NCBI GenBank assembly: GCA_009914755.4
Contig: CP086569.2
Coordinates: forward strand, 11,296,001-11,360,000
Source: the human T2T-CHM13v2.0 reference genome, Homo sapiens
Length of the DNA stretch: 64,000 nucleotides
Direction: 5' to 3'
Every line of letters starts with the position of its first letter. Position 1 is the stretch's first letter. Of the stretch, positions 27,012 to 39,302 are shown piece after piece. The notes below the pieces were generated by a model. The model did no database searches and was not told the DNA's origin. It saw only the letters and a list, made by a program, of their open reading frames with translations. Position numbers and translations under genes: made by a program.

Positions 27012-28539
27012 CTGCCACAGGTGACTCACCTCTCCTCCCTCAAATCTCACCTTCCCCTCATGGGCTTTCTGGCTTCCTTAGGGTACCCTAGCGTGCCGGA
27101 GTCTCTTCTGGTCCTTGAACTAGGGTCGCCAGGGTCCAGGAGGCCCAGCGCAGGGGCTGATGAGAAGGCACTTTCGTCTGTGGGAGACCCAGGCCCCACT
27201 TCTCCTCGGCACGTTTTTATTTTTCTGCCGCAGGTGCATCACCTCTCCTCCCTCAAACCTCACCTTCCCCTCATGGGCCTTCTGCCTGCTTTGGGGTACA
27301 CCTAGCGGGCCCGAGGTGCACCCAGGCCTAGAACCAGGGTCGCCTGGGTCCACGGGGCCCAGCGCAGGGACGGATGGGAAGGCACTTTTTTTCCATGGGA
27401 GACCCAGGCCCCGCTTCTCCGTGGCGTGGTTTCTTTTTCTTTTCTGCCACAAGTGCCTCACCTCTCCTCCCTCACAGCTCACCTTCCTCTCATGGGCTTT
27501 CCACCGCTTTGGGGTACCCCAAGTGGCCCAAGGCTCTCCCTGAGCTCAAACCAGGGACCCCAGGTTCCCCGGTGCCCAGCGCAGGGGCTGATGGGAAGAC
27601 ACTTTCATCCGTGGGGGACCCAGGCCCCAGCTCTCCACTGCGCGGGTTTTTTTTTCTTTGTCTGTGACAGGTGCCTCACCTCTCCTGCCTCAAAACTCAC
27701 CTTCCCCTCATGGGCTTTGTGCGCCCAAAGCCCCACTTGGGGTGCACTTAGCGGCTGAGGCACACCCTGAGCTCGAACCAGGGACACCAGGGTCCTCGGT
27801 CCCAGTGCAGGGACTGATGGGAAGACACTTTGTCCGTGGGGCGCCCAGGCCATGCTTCTCCGCAGCAAAGTTTTTTTTTTCTCTGCCCCAGGTGCCTCAC
27901 CATCCCCTTAGGGGCTTTCTGCCCACCTTGGGGTACCCCTACTGGCCCGAGGTGGACCCTGGGGTCAAACCAGGGATGCCAGCGTCCCCAGGGCCCAGCG
28001 AAGGGGCTGATGGGATGGCACTTTCATCCGTGGGGGACCCAGGCACTGCTTCTTGGTGGCGCATTTTTTTTTCTCTGCCTCAGGTGCCTCACCTTCCCCT
28101 CATGGACCTTTTGTTCGCTTTGTGGTACCCCAAGCGGTCCCGAGGCGCACCCTGGGCTCGAACCAGGGTCGCCAGGGTACACCAGGCCCAGCATAGGGCC
28201 TGATGGGGAGGCACTTTCATCCGTGGTGGACCCAGGCCCCACTTCTCTGAGGTGCGGTCCTCTTTTTTTTTTTTTTTTTTTTCTGCCCCTGGTGCCTCAC
28301 CTCTCCTCCCACAAACTTCAACTTCCACTCATGGGGCTTCTGTCCGAGTTGGGGTACCCCTAGTCGCCCGAGGCGCACCCTGGGCGCTAACCAGGGATGT
28401 CAGAGTCCCTGGGGCCCAGCGCAAGGGCTGATGGGAAAAAACTTTCGTCGGTGGATGACTCAGACACCGCTTCGCGGCGCATTTTTTTTTTTCTTTGCCC
28501 CAGGTGTCTCACCTTCCCCTCATGGACCTTCTGACTTTC
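21903..28539 (+). repeat. GC-rich satellite, ~190-bp unit (about 34 copies; about 14 copies are a ~210-bp variant with an extra tctcctccctcaaacctcac segment)
   Basis: Unit consensus CTCTGCCCCAGGTGCCTCACCTTCCCCTCATGGGCCTTCTGCCCGCCTTGGGGTACCCCTAGCGGCCCGAGGCGCACCCTGGGCTCGAACCAGGGACGCCAGGGTCCCCGGGGCCCAGCGCAGGGGCTGATGGGAAGACACTTTCGTCCGTGGGGGACCCAGGCCCCGCTTCTCCGCGGCGCGG(T)8-18. Each unit ends in a T-run, and the minus strand carries GGTTCGAGCCC (tRNA B-box) within a CCCTGG-TTCGAGC-CCAGGG stem-loop. Confidence 0.95.
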
Positions 28540-28870
28540 TGCACCTGCTCCGGCGCTGTGGGCCCCCCTGCGCCTGCGCCGGCGCTGTGCACCTTTGCGA
28601 GGGCGGAGCTGCATTCTTCCCAGCACCCACACGGAGAGCATCGCCAGGGCGGAGCTGAGTTCTCCTCTGCACACACTTCGGAGATACAGCAAAGGCGGAG
28701 CAGTGTTCTCCTCAGCACAGACCTGGGCAGGCTGGGGTCTCCGTGAGGGCGGAGCTGCGTTCTGCTCAGCATAGACCCGGGGGACGCCGCGAAGGCAGAG
28801 TAGCGTTCTCCTCAGCACAGACCTTGGGGGCACTGACTCGCTTTGGGACAACTCGGGGCCGCATAGACGG
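28540..28870 (+). promoter_or_regulatory. CpG-rich island within the subterminal block; candidate TERRA-type (subtelomeric) promoter oriented toward the TTAGGG array
   Basis: High CpG density is visible (ccggcgctgtgggcccccctgcgcctgcgccggcgctg..., gacgccgcgaagg). Human TERRA promoters are established to be subtelomeric CpG islands containing the 29-37-bp repeats of this same family, so promoter function here is inferred by homology only. Confidence 0.3.
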
Positions 28871-29246
28871 TGAATAAAATCCTTCCTGTTTGCAGCCCTG
28901 AGTAATCAGGGTCGGCGACCAGTTAGAAGGGTTCAGTGTGGAAAACGGGAAACCAAAAGCCCCTCTGAATCCTGCCCACCGAGGTTCTCCCCAGCCAAGG
29001 CGAGGCAGCCGCAGTGCGAGATCCACACCGCAGCCTCAGAAGACAAATGCAGCATTCCTAATGCAGACATGACACCCAAAATATGACACCCCCATTGCTC
29101 ATGTAACAAGCACCTGTAATGCTAATGCACTGCCTCAATACAAAAATATTAATATAAGATCCGCAATCCCCTTGCTGCCATGCAGTCCTAAGACAGAGAT
29201 CATAATAATCAACATTGACATAGTCAATACAAACGTAGTAACGAAC
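28540..29246 (+). repeat. Subterminal (telomere-adjacent) repeat block of the TAR1 family, including five 47-53-bp tandem repeats at 28601-28842
   Basis: gggcggagctgcattcttcccagcac.../gggcggagctgagttctcctctgcacac.../ggcggagcagtgttctcctcagcacagacc.../gggcggagctgcgttctgctcagcatagacccggg.../ggcagagtagcgttctcctcagcacagacc. From memory these are the reverse complement of the sequence immediately proximal to (CCCTAA)n at the GRCh37 chr1 p-arm start (ctgtgctgaggagaacgcaactccgcc...), and gcattcctaatgcagacatgacacccaaaatatgacacccccattgctcatg resembles telomere-adjacent sequence at several chromosome ends. Confidence 0.7.
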
Positions 29247-29554
29247 CTAGGGTTAAGGCTGGTGTTAGGGTTAAGGGTTAGGGGTTAAGTTTAGGGTTAG
29301 GAGTTGGAGATAGGGGTTGGGGTCAGAGTTAGGAGTTAAGAGTCAATGTTTAGAGTTAGGGGTTAAGAGAGGTTAGGGGTTAGGGATAAGGGGTTAGGGT
29401 TGGATTAGTGTGAGGGTGAGAGTTGTGGTTAGGGGTTAGGCTTAGGGGTTACAGTTAAGGGTTAAGGGTTAGGGTTAGGGGTTAGGGTTAGGGTCAGGGG
29501 TTAGGGGTCAGGGGTTAGGGGTCAGGGTCAGGGGTCAGGGTCTGGTTCAGGGGT
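29247..29554 (+). repeat. Degenerate interstitial telomeric repeat array, (TTAGGG)n-like on the + strand
   Basis: ctagggttaaggctggtgttagggttaagggttaggggttaagtttagggttagg...ggttagggttaggggttagggttagggtcaggggttaggggtcaggggttaggggtcagggtcaggggtcagggtc. Confidence 0.95.
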
Positions 29555-32099
<2,545 letters not shown>

Positions 32100-32100
<1 letters not shown>

Positions 32101-32245
32101 GTGAGGAACAACCAAATTGTTTTCTGCAGCAAGGGCATCATTTTCTATTCCTAGCAGCCAGTTCATGAGGGCTCCAACTTCTCCACCTCCTTAGCAACAT
32201 TTATTTTCTGTGTCATTGTTATGAAAGCCTTACTTGTGGGTGCAG
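32100..32245 (-). mobile_element. ~145-bp L1 ORF2 (Cys-rich region) fragment; a near-identical direct duplicate of 33460-33610
   Basis: ctgcagcaagggcatcattttctattcctagcagccagttcatgagggctccaacttctccacctccttagcaacatttattttctgtgtcattgttatgaaagccttacttgtgggtgcagagtggcat is about 90% identical to 33483-33610. Confidence 0.85.
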
Positions 32246-32289
32246 AGTGGCATGAATGAAGTCAATTAACATGTTTATTACCTCACAGA

Positions 32290-33455
32290 ATAGTTACCTT
32301 TTTGTGTGCATGTGTGGGATAAGAAAACTTAACCCTATCCCCTGTGACTGAATAGTGGCCATTCCAGCTGCTCCAGGCTCCGGCAGAGGAAGACCAGGGT
32401 AGGTGGCTCCACCAGGGTGACCCTCAGGTCTGGCGCTCACGCATTCCAGAAGCCACCCAGACCATGCTCCCCTGCCTGGGCGCCCAAGCTGCAGTCGCCC
32501 TCTGTGTGCAGGCAGCAGCTGCCTGGCAACCCCCGAGCCCACTCGCGCTCCCACCATCGCAGAACCAGGGCCAGGTGTCCCAGTGGCTGCGGCCAAGCCA
32601 GGCATTCTGCCCTGCGGCAGCAGCTGCACAGGAGCGAGAACTGAGAACCCACCGCTCAACCCCACATGGGGTGACTGCCGAGTGCCCATACAAACGGCTC
32701 TGATCTCCCTCAGGTGGAGGAGTGGGCGGGAGGCACGGCCTGGGGGGCCCTCAGCCTGGGCGCGCTGGGTAGATCCCAAGGCCAACCAGGCCACGCACCT
32801 CCAGCTCGCCTGGGCACCCGAGCTGCAGCCGCCTTCTGCGTGCAGGCAGCAGCCTCCAGGCAACTCCCGAGCCAGCCCACACTCCCCACATCTCGGATGC
32901 AGGGCCAAATGTCCCTGTGGCTGTGGCCAAGCCAGGCGGTCTGTCCTGCAGCAGCTGCACAGGGGCGGTAACCGGCCCTCAGCCCCATCCCCGGTGGCTG
33001 CAGAGGGCCCCTGGATAGAGATCTGGAGCTATGGCAGAGGAGGAGACGGGTGGGGGCAGGGTCTGGCAGGCTCTCAGCCCAGGGGTACCCGCGATCCAGA
33101 GGCCGCCCAGGGTATGCTCCACCAACTGGGTGCCCAGCTACAGGCGCCGGGCAACTCTCAAGCTGGCTGGCGGTCCCAGCCTCGCAGAACCGGGGCTAGA
33201 TGTCGCCGTGGCTGCGACCAAGCCAGGCGGTCTGCCCGGGGGCGGCTGCACCGGGGCAGGAACCGACCCTCAGCCCCATCCCCGGTGGCTGCAGACGGCC
33301 CCTGGGGTGGCCCCGATCTCTCTTCGGAGGAGAAGAGGGGCGGGAGTCACGGCCAGGCGGGCCCTCAGGCAGGAAGGGATGCGCGCCTGCGATTCCGGGA
33401 CGTCCCGCGCCAGCCCAGGAGAACCCGCAAGCCAGCGGCGCCTGTTTCTCTGTGT
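32290..33455. repeat. CpG-rich ~1.2 kb block made of three ~320-330-bp tandem units (VNTR-like); identity unknown
   Basis: The repeating anchor appears at 32471-32540, 32804-32873 and ~33123: ...cagctcgcctgggcacccgagctgcagccgccttctgcgtgcaggcagcagc...cccgagcc... ...gtggctgcggccaagccaggc...ctgcacagg... CpG density is high, especially at 33060-33455. Confidence 0.85.
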
Positions 33456-33459
33456 GATT

Positions 33460-35870
33460 CTTTGAGGAACCACTAAACTGATTTCCACAGCAAGTGCATC
33501 ATTTTCTATTCCTAGCAGCCAGTTCATGAGGGCTCCAGTTTCTCCACCTCCTTAGCAACATTGATTTTCTGTGTCGTTGTTACGAAAGCCTTACTAGTGG
33601 ATGCAAAGTGGCATCTCATTTGGGTTTTGTCTTGCATTTTATTAATGAATAACGGTGTTTAGCATCTTTTCTTGTCCTTCTTAGACATTTGTGTATCTTC
33701 TTTGGTGAAATGTCTATTCAAGTCCTTTGCCTATTTTTTAATTGGGATCTTAGAAATTCTGTTGTTGAGTTGTGGGATATTAAGCTTTTATCAGATTCAC
33801 ACTTTGATTTTATCAGATACATATATTCTCACATATTATGGGTTGTCTTTTCACTCCCTTGATAGTATCCTTTGATGCATAAAGGGTTTTTATTTTGATT
33901 AAATCTAATTTTCGTGTATTTTCTTTTGTTATCTGTGCTTTTCTGTCATATTTCAAAATACACTTAAAACTGAAAGGTCATAAAGGTTTACCGTGTGCTT
34001 TCTTCTAAGAGTTACATATTTTTAGTCCTTACATTTAAGTCTTTTATTAATTTAGAATTAATTTTTGTATATACTGCAAGGTAGGGGTCTAACTTCTCTC
34101 TTGTGCACTGACATCCAGCTGTTGAAGAGACTGTTCTTTCCTCCCTTGACTAGATTTGGCCACCTTGTTGAACAGTCACCTTGTTGAACAGACTAACTTG
34201 TAGGATCTCAAATCTATTCTATTGTATTTGTCTGAAAGTCTATTGGTCTTATTCCAGTACCATACTCTCTTGATTACTGTAGATTTGTAGTAGGCTGTGA
34301 AACTGAAAAAATGTGAGTTTTCCAATGTTCTTTTTCAAGACTGTTTTGTCTGTGAGATCCTTTGAATTTTTGTATGATTTTAGAATGAGTTTCTTTGTTT
34401 CTGCAAAAATGCCTTTGGGAGTTTGATGGTATTGCATTGAATCTGTAGATTACTTTAGATGGTATTGTCATCTTAACAATATTGTCTTACAACCCGTGAA
34501 CACAGAATGTCTTTCCACTTATTTCCACTCTCTTTAGTTTTTTTCAGCAAAGTTTTTGTATACCACCACGGTTAGATTTATGCCTGAATAACGTATTCTT
34601 TGATGTCATTATAAATGGAATTTTTAAAATGTTTTCATAGTTCTTTACAACTATATAGGAATATAGCTCATTTGCCTATGTTTGTTTGCATCCTGCCTCT
34701 TTTATTAGTTATAATCCATTTTGTGTTTTGTTTGGAGCTTTGTACCCATAAGATCATGTGTAGATATAATTTTACACCTATTTTTTATTTCCAATTTAGA
34801 TGCCTTTTATTTCTTTGTCTTGCCTAATTGCTCTGGCTAGAACTGCCAGTGCTACGTTGAATACAAGTGGCAAATGCACTATCCTTTTCTTCTAGATGTT
34901 AGAAAAACAGCTTTCAGTGTTTCATCATTGATCATGATATTAACTGTTGGGTTTTTGTACATCCCATTGTCATGTTGCAGAAGATCCCTTCTATGCTTAG
35001 TTTATTGAGTATTTTTATTATAGAAGGGTGTTGTATTTCATCAATGTTTTCTCTGCATCAATTGAAATCATCACGTGCTTATTCATTTTACTTTTACAGC
35101 ATATTACACTGATTGATTTTTTATATGTTGAACCACCCTTGCATTTTGGGGATAAATCTCAAAGGGTGATAGTTTACAATCCTTTGATTATACGGTATTG
35201 CTGCTAGTATTTTGCTAGTATTGCTAGTATTTTGCTGAGATTTTTGCTTATATATTCATAAGGGATATAGTGCTGTATTTCTCTTGTGCTCTCTTTGTCT
35301 TTGGTATGAGGATAATGCTGTTATCAAAAAATGAATTAACAAGTATTCCTTCTTCATATATTTTGTCAGAAGAGTTTGAGAAGAAATGGTATTAATTATT
35401 CTTTAAATGTTAGGTTGACTCACCACTTAATGCAGCTATTTGGTCACAAATGTTTCTTTGTTAATCGCTTTCGATTACTAATTCAATCTCCTAGGTTATA
35501 GGTCTGTTCAGATTTTCTCTTTCTTCTTGAGCCACTTTGGTAGTTTGTGTCTTTCTAGCGATTCATCCATTTCATCCAGGGCACTTAATTTGTTGCTAGA
35601 CAGTTGTTCACAGTATACTCCTGTAATCCTTTTGTATTTCTGTAAAGTTGGTTGTAATGGCTCTGCTTTCATTTATTATTTTAATAATTAGTCTTCCATC
35701 TTTTGCTCAGTCAATATAGTGAAAGGCTTGATCTTTCAAAGAATCCACATTTTTTCATTCTACTGCTCTCCAATCTTCTATTTTATTGATTTATGCTCTA
35801 ATTATGTTCTTTATTATTTCTTTCCTTCTGCTAGCTTTGGATTTAGTCTTCCACCTGAATTTATTTTGGG
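33460..35870 (-). mobile_element. Older L1 (L1M/L1PB-type) ORF2 region in antisense
   Basis: Antisense ORF2 runs from the Cys-rich region (33460-33610) through the 34274-34471 ORF (...KVIYRFNAIPS...) and the RT region (ctggctagaactgccagtgctacgttgaatacaagtggc at ~34830). It reaches ~35870 (tttccttctgctagctttggatttagtcttcc). Confidence 0.9.
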
Positions 35871-36410
35871 AGTGATATTGTTGTAACTTCATGGAAATAA
35901 TACTAGATAGAAAGTTAGCAGATGGATTCTCTATCTGATGAGAGTTTTGGGCAAATCGAATACCAAGTTGCCAAGTTTTTTTTCTCTGACGCAAAAAACA
36001 ATTTAGCAGCCGGTGAGAAACTCTCACAGCTCTGGATGTGAGTTTAGGACACTGCATTTCTACCATTCAATTTCTTACTAGTTTTTTGCACAGGGATCAT
36101 GGCACAAGTTGCAGTTTCCACCCTGCCCATGGAAGATGAGGAGTCCATGGAAGATGAGGAGTCCATTGAAGATGAGGAGTCTGTTGAAGATGATTCCGTG
36201 GAAAGCAGGATGGTGGTGACATTGCTCATATCAGCTATCGAGTCCACGGTGAGACCTTCTGTTCTAACATGATATAATTGGGTAGAACTGCGTGGTAGAT
36301 AAGGTTGATTTGTTTTTGTAGAACTTATAATTTTATGATTTGTAGTTCTAATGAGTAGATCTTTTTCTGGAATGGTAGTTATGGTCAAACACTTCTAACA
36401 AAATGTGCCA
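35865..36410 (+). repeat. Copy A of a ~550-bp tandemly duplicated segment (period ~1960 bp) carrying a GTF2I-like exon
   Basis: Homologous to 37827-38335: ...tttgggagtgata..tggaaataatactagatag...ctcacagctctggatgtgagtttaggacactg.atttctacca.tcaatttcttact... Confidence 0.9.
36099..36248 (+). pseudogene. GTF2I-like first coding exon (acceptor ...ttttttgcacag|, ATG, GT donor); encodes [50 protein letters not shown] with an in-frame expansion of an 18-bp (EDEES-type) repeat
   Basis: The translation resembles the N-terminus of TFII-I as I recall it ([33 protein letters not shown]...). It is followed directly by gtgagacc. Fragment or pseudogene status is inferred from the surrounding repeat context and the lack of downstream exons in this window. 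Confidence 0.5.
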
Positions 36411-36510
36411 TGTTGTCCAGCCTGGTCTCAAAATATGGGGCTCAAGAGACCTGCTCACCTTGGCCTCCCAAAATACTGGGATTACAGGTGTAAGACCCTG
36501 AATCTGGCCA
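36402..36510 (-). mobile_element. Alu fragment (right-arm piece)
   Basis: tgtgccatgttgtccagcctggtctcaaaatatggggctcaagagacctgctcaccttggcctcccaaaatactgggattacaggtgtaagacc. Confidence 0.8.
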
Positions 36511-36514
36511 GATA

Positions 36515-36850
36515 TTTTTCTTTTTATGGCTGAATAATACTCTGTGTATGTATATGTTACATTTTCTTTATCTATTCACCTACTGATGGGCATTAGGTTT
36601 GGGCGACCTTTTGGCCACTGTGAATAATGCTGCTGTTAATCGGGTGTACAAACACCTGTTTGAGTCCCTGCTCTCAGTTCCTTTGGGTATATATGCTTAA
36701 AGGGTGTTGATGGATCATATAATTCTGTGCTTCATATTTTTAAGGAGCTGCTAAACCATTTTCCACAGTGGGCTGTACCATTTTACGTTCCAAAAAGCAA
36801 TGCATACAGCTTCCAATTTCTCTATAGCATTGCTGACAGTTAATATTTTC
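36515..36850 (+). mobile_element. L1 3'-region fragment, sense orientation (old L1M-type)
   Basis: ggctgaataatactctgtgtatgtatatgttacattttctttatctattcacctactgatgggcattaggtttggg...ctgctgttaatc... matches the sense strand of the L1 3' region. Confidence 0.75.
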
Positions 36851-37007
36851 TGTTTATGTATTGTATTTTTAGAGTGTTTGAAATTAATCTGAGGCTTTTT
36901 GCTGATACCAAAATATTAGGAAAGGTTATCCAAAAATAATACTGCTTATTATAAGGGATTTTACGTGTTACTTGATGCTCTGTGATCTGTTTTCTAAGTA
37001 AGAAGAG

Positions 37008-37311
37008 GAACTTCTTGGCTGGGCACAGCGGCTCATGCCTGTAATCCTAGCACTTTGGGAGGCTGAGGCAGGTCGATCACAAGGTCAGGAGTTCAAGACC
37101 AGCCTGGCCAACATAATGAAACCCAGTCTCCACTCAAAAAAAAAAAAAAATTAGCTGGGTGTGGTGGTGGGGGGGTGCCTCTAATCCCAGTATTCGGAAG
37201 GCTGAGGCAGAGAATTGATTAAACCCATAAGGTAGAGGTTACAGTGACTGAGATTGCACCACTGCACCCCAGTCTGTGTGACAGAGCGAGAGTCCATCTC
37301 AAAAAAAAAAA
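37008..37311 (+). mobile_element. Alu element
   Basis: ggctgggcacagcggctcatgcctgtaatcctagcactttgggaggctgaggcaggtcgatcacaaggtcaggagttcaagaccagcctggcc... followed by a poly-A tail. Confidence 0.92.
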
Positions 37312-37482
37312 GGAAAGAAAGAAAGAAGAGGAACTTCTCTCCACCCAGCCTCATTCCACTGCACCAACTCTTCTCTGTCGGGTTGTGCAGGGGAGAAAGG
37401 GAGCTTGGCACCTCTTTGCTGTGTTGAATTGTGGTAGCCCATCACTGGGTTGTAAAGTTCCTTGCCTCCTTTCCTCCCCCCC

Positions 37483-37762
37483 TTTTTTTGAGACAGAGTC
37501 TCACTGTGTCGTCCAGGCTCAGGTGAAGTGCTGTGATGTCTGCTCCCTGCAAGCTCAGCCTCCTGGTTTCAAGTGATTCTCCTGCCTCAGCCTCCCAAGA
37601 AGCTGGGACTACAGGCACATGCCACCACACCTGGCTAACATTTTTTTATTTTTAGTAGAGATAGGGTATCACCATGTTGGGAGGCTGGTCTTGAGCTCCT
37701 GACTTCAGGTGATCCACCCACCTTGGCCTCCCAAAGTGCTGGGGTTAAAGGCATGAGACACT
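37483..37762 (-). mobile_element. Alu element, minus orientation
   Basis: tttttttgagacagagtctcactgtgtcgtccaggctcaggtgaagtgctgtgatgtctgctccctgcaagc...cctcccaaagtgctggggttaaaggcatgagacac. Confidence 0.9.
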
Positions 37763-37826
37763 GAGTTCATCCACCTCCTCTTTTACTTGGGAGAAATGCA
37801 CAGATTCTGGGTGCATGTGCATTTGT

Positions 37827-38335
37827 TTTGGGAGTGATAATTGATCTAACTTATGGAAATAATACTAGATAGTTAGCGGATGGATTCTGTATCTGATGAG
37901 AGTTTTGGGCAAAACGAATTCCTAGTTTCTGAGTCTTATTTTTCCCCTGATTCAAGAAAACTGTGAATTATCCAGCTGGTAAAAAACTCTCACAGCTCTG
38001 GATGTGAGTTTAGGACACTGGATTTCTACCACTCATTTTCTTACTACTTTTCTTGTGCAAGGATCATGGCAGAAGTTGCAGTTTCCACCCTGCCCATTGA
38101 AGATGAGGAGTCTGTTGAAGATGAGGAGTCCTTGGAGAGCAGGATGGTGGTGACATTCCTGTCAGCTCTCGACTCCATGGTCAGACCTTCTGTTCTAACA
38201 TTCTGTAGTTCGGTAGGACTGGGCGGTAGATAAGGTTGATTTGTTTTTGTAGAACTTACAATTTTGTGATTTTTAGTTCGAAAGAATAGACCTTTGTCAT
38301 GAACACCTCTGACCAAATGTGTGTGTGGAATTTCT
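37827..38335 (+). repeat. Copy B of the duplicated GTF2I-like segment
   Basis: See copy A; roughly 85-90% identity over ~510 bp. Confidence 0.9.
38066..38179 (+). pseudogene. GTF2I-like first coding exon, copy B; encodes [38 protein letters not shown] and is followed by a GT donor
   Basis: ATG at 38066, upstream acceptor ...cttgtgcaag|gatc, downstream gtcagacc. This is a closer match to the recalled TFII-I N-terminus than copy A. Confidence 0.5.
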
Positions 38336-38593
38336 ACACTGATTTTTGGACAATCTGGATCCCAACTGGGTATCCCACAATTCCATCCTGACACTCCCTG
38401 CAGTTAGTGCAGACCCCGCAGGATGGGGACTCAGTCCCAGGAATCTACCCTCACTCCACATGCCAATTGAAAGTCTTGGGTTGTTACATGTAGTTTTGAC
38501 CAACCAGTTAGAAAACACGGTTTCTTGACCCCCATTGGTGGGTGGAATCATTTGCTCGGACAGCTTGCAGAAATTAGAAAAACAGATTGTTTT

Positions 38594-38890
<297 letters not shown>

Positions 38891-38960
38891 CAATTTACTT
38901 TATTTTACTGGTTCATTTTAAAGGCTAAATCTCAGAAACAGCCAGTGAAAGAGATGTACA

Positions 38961-39302
38961 TGCTGGGCACAATGGCTCATGCCTGTAATTTCAGCACATT
39001 GGGAGACTGAGGTGGGAGCATCGCTTAAGTGCTCAGGAGATTAAGACCAGCCTGGGTAACATGGTGAAAATCCATCTCTACAAAAAGATTTTTCTAAAAA
39101 TTAGCCAGGCACAGTTATCTATAGTTCTAGCTACTCAGTGCCTATAATTCTGGCTACTCAGGAGGCTGAGGTGAGAGGATGAGAGGATGGGGCTTGAGCT
39201 AGGGAGGCATAGGTCACAGTGAGCCACGATTGTGCCATGGCACTCTAGGCTGGGAGACAGAGCCAGACACTGTCTCAAAAAAAACAAAAACAAAAACAAA
39301 AA
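38961..39302 (+). mobile_element. Alu element with an (AAAC)n-type tail
   Basis: tgctgggcacaatggctcatgcctgtaatttcagcacattgggagactgaggtgggagcatcgcttaag...ctgggagacagagccagacactgtctcaaaaaaaacaaaaacaaaaac. Confidence 0.9.

Noticed and set aside
22619-27024. The long ORFs (299 aa and 370 aa) in the track as candidate novel proteins.
   Set aside because: They lie entirely within near-identical 190-bp repeats and translate into the same recurring peptide in several frames and on both strands. This is a periodicity artefact.
12680-28539. Possibility that the regular tandem repeats are a CRISPR array or another prokaryotic repeat system.
   Set aside because: The sequence is primate nuclear DNA. There are no unique constant-length spacers between identical repeats. 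The units are degenerate satellites (18 bp; 190 bp) with Alu/LTR insertions.
21903-28539. A tandem array of tRNA genes or tRNA pseudogenes in the 190-bp satellite.
   Set aside because: Only the B-box/T-arm motif and the T-run are present. I could not find complementary acceptor-stem halves, an A-box at the right spacing or an anticodon arm. The T-run is on the opposite strand from the B-box sense. I treat it as a tRNA-related motif, not a tRNA gene.
29247-29554. The ancestral chromosome 2 fusion site (2q13) as the identity of the telomere-like array.
   Set aside because: The fusion site has head-to-head (TTAGGG)n-(CCCTAA)n arrays. Here only one orientation is present and it is followed directly by L1 sequence.
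32294-33476. ORFs of 297 aa (+) and 204 aa (-) in the CpG-rich block.
   Set aside because: GC-rich, stop-codon-poor sequence yields long ORFs by chance. Both strands are open across the same tandem units and there is no recognisable protein similarity.
36044-36388. The minus-strand ORF (..SSSMDSSSSMDSSSS..) as a Ser-rich protein.
   Set aside because: It is the antisense reading of the GTF2I-like exon's GAAGATGAGGAGTCC repeats. The sense strand has the ATG, acceptor and donor.
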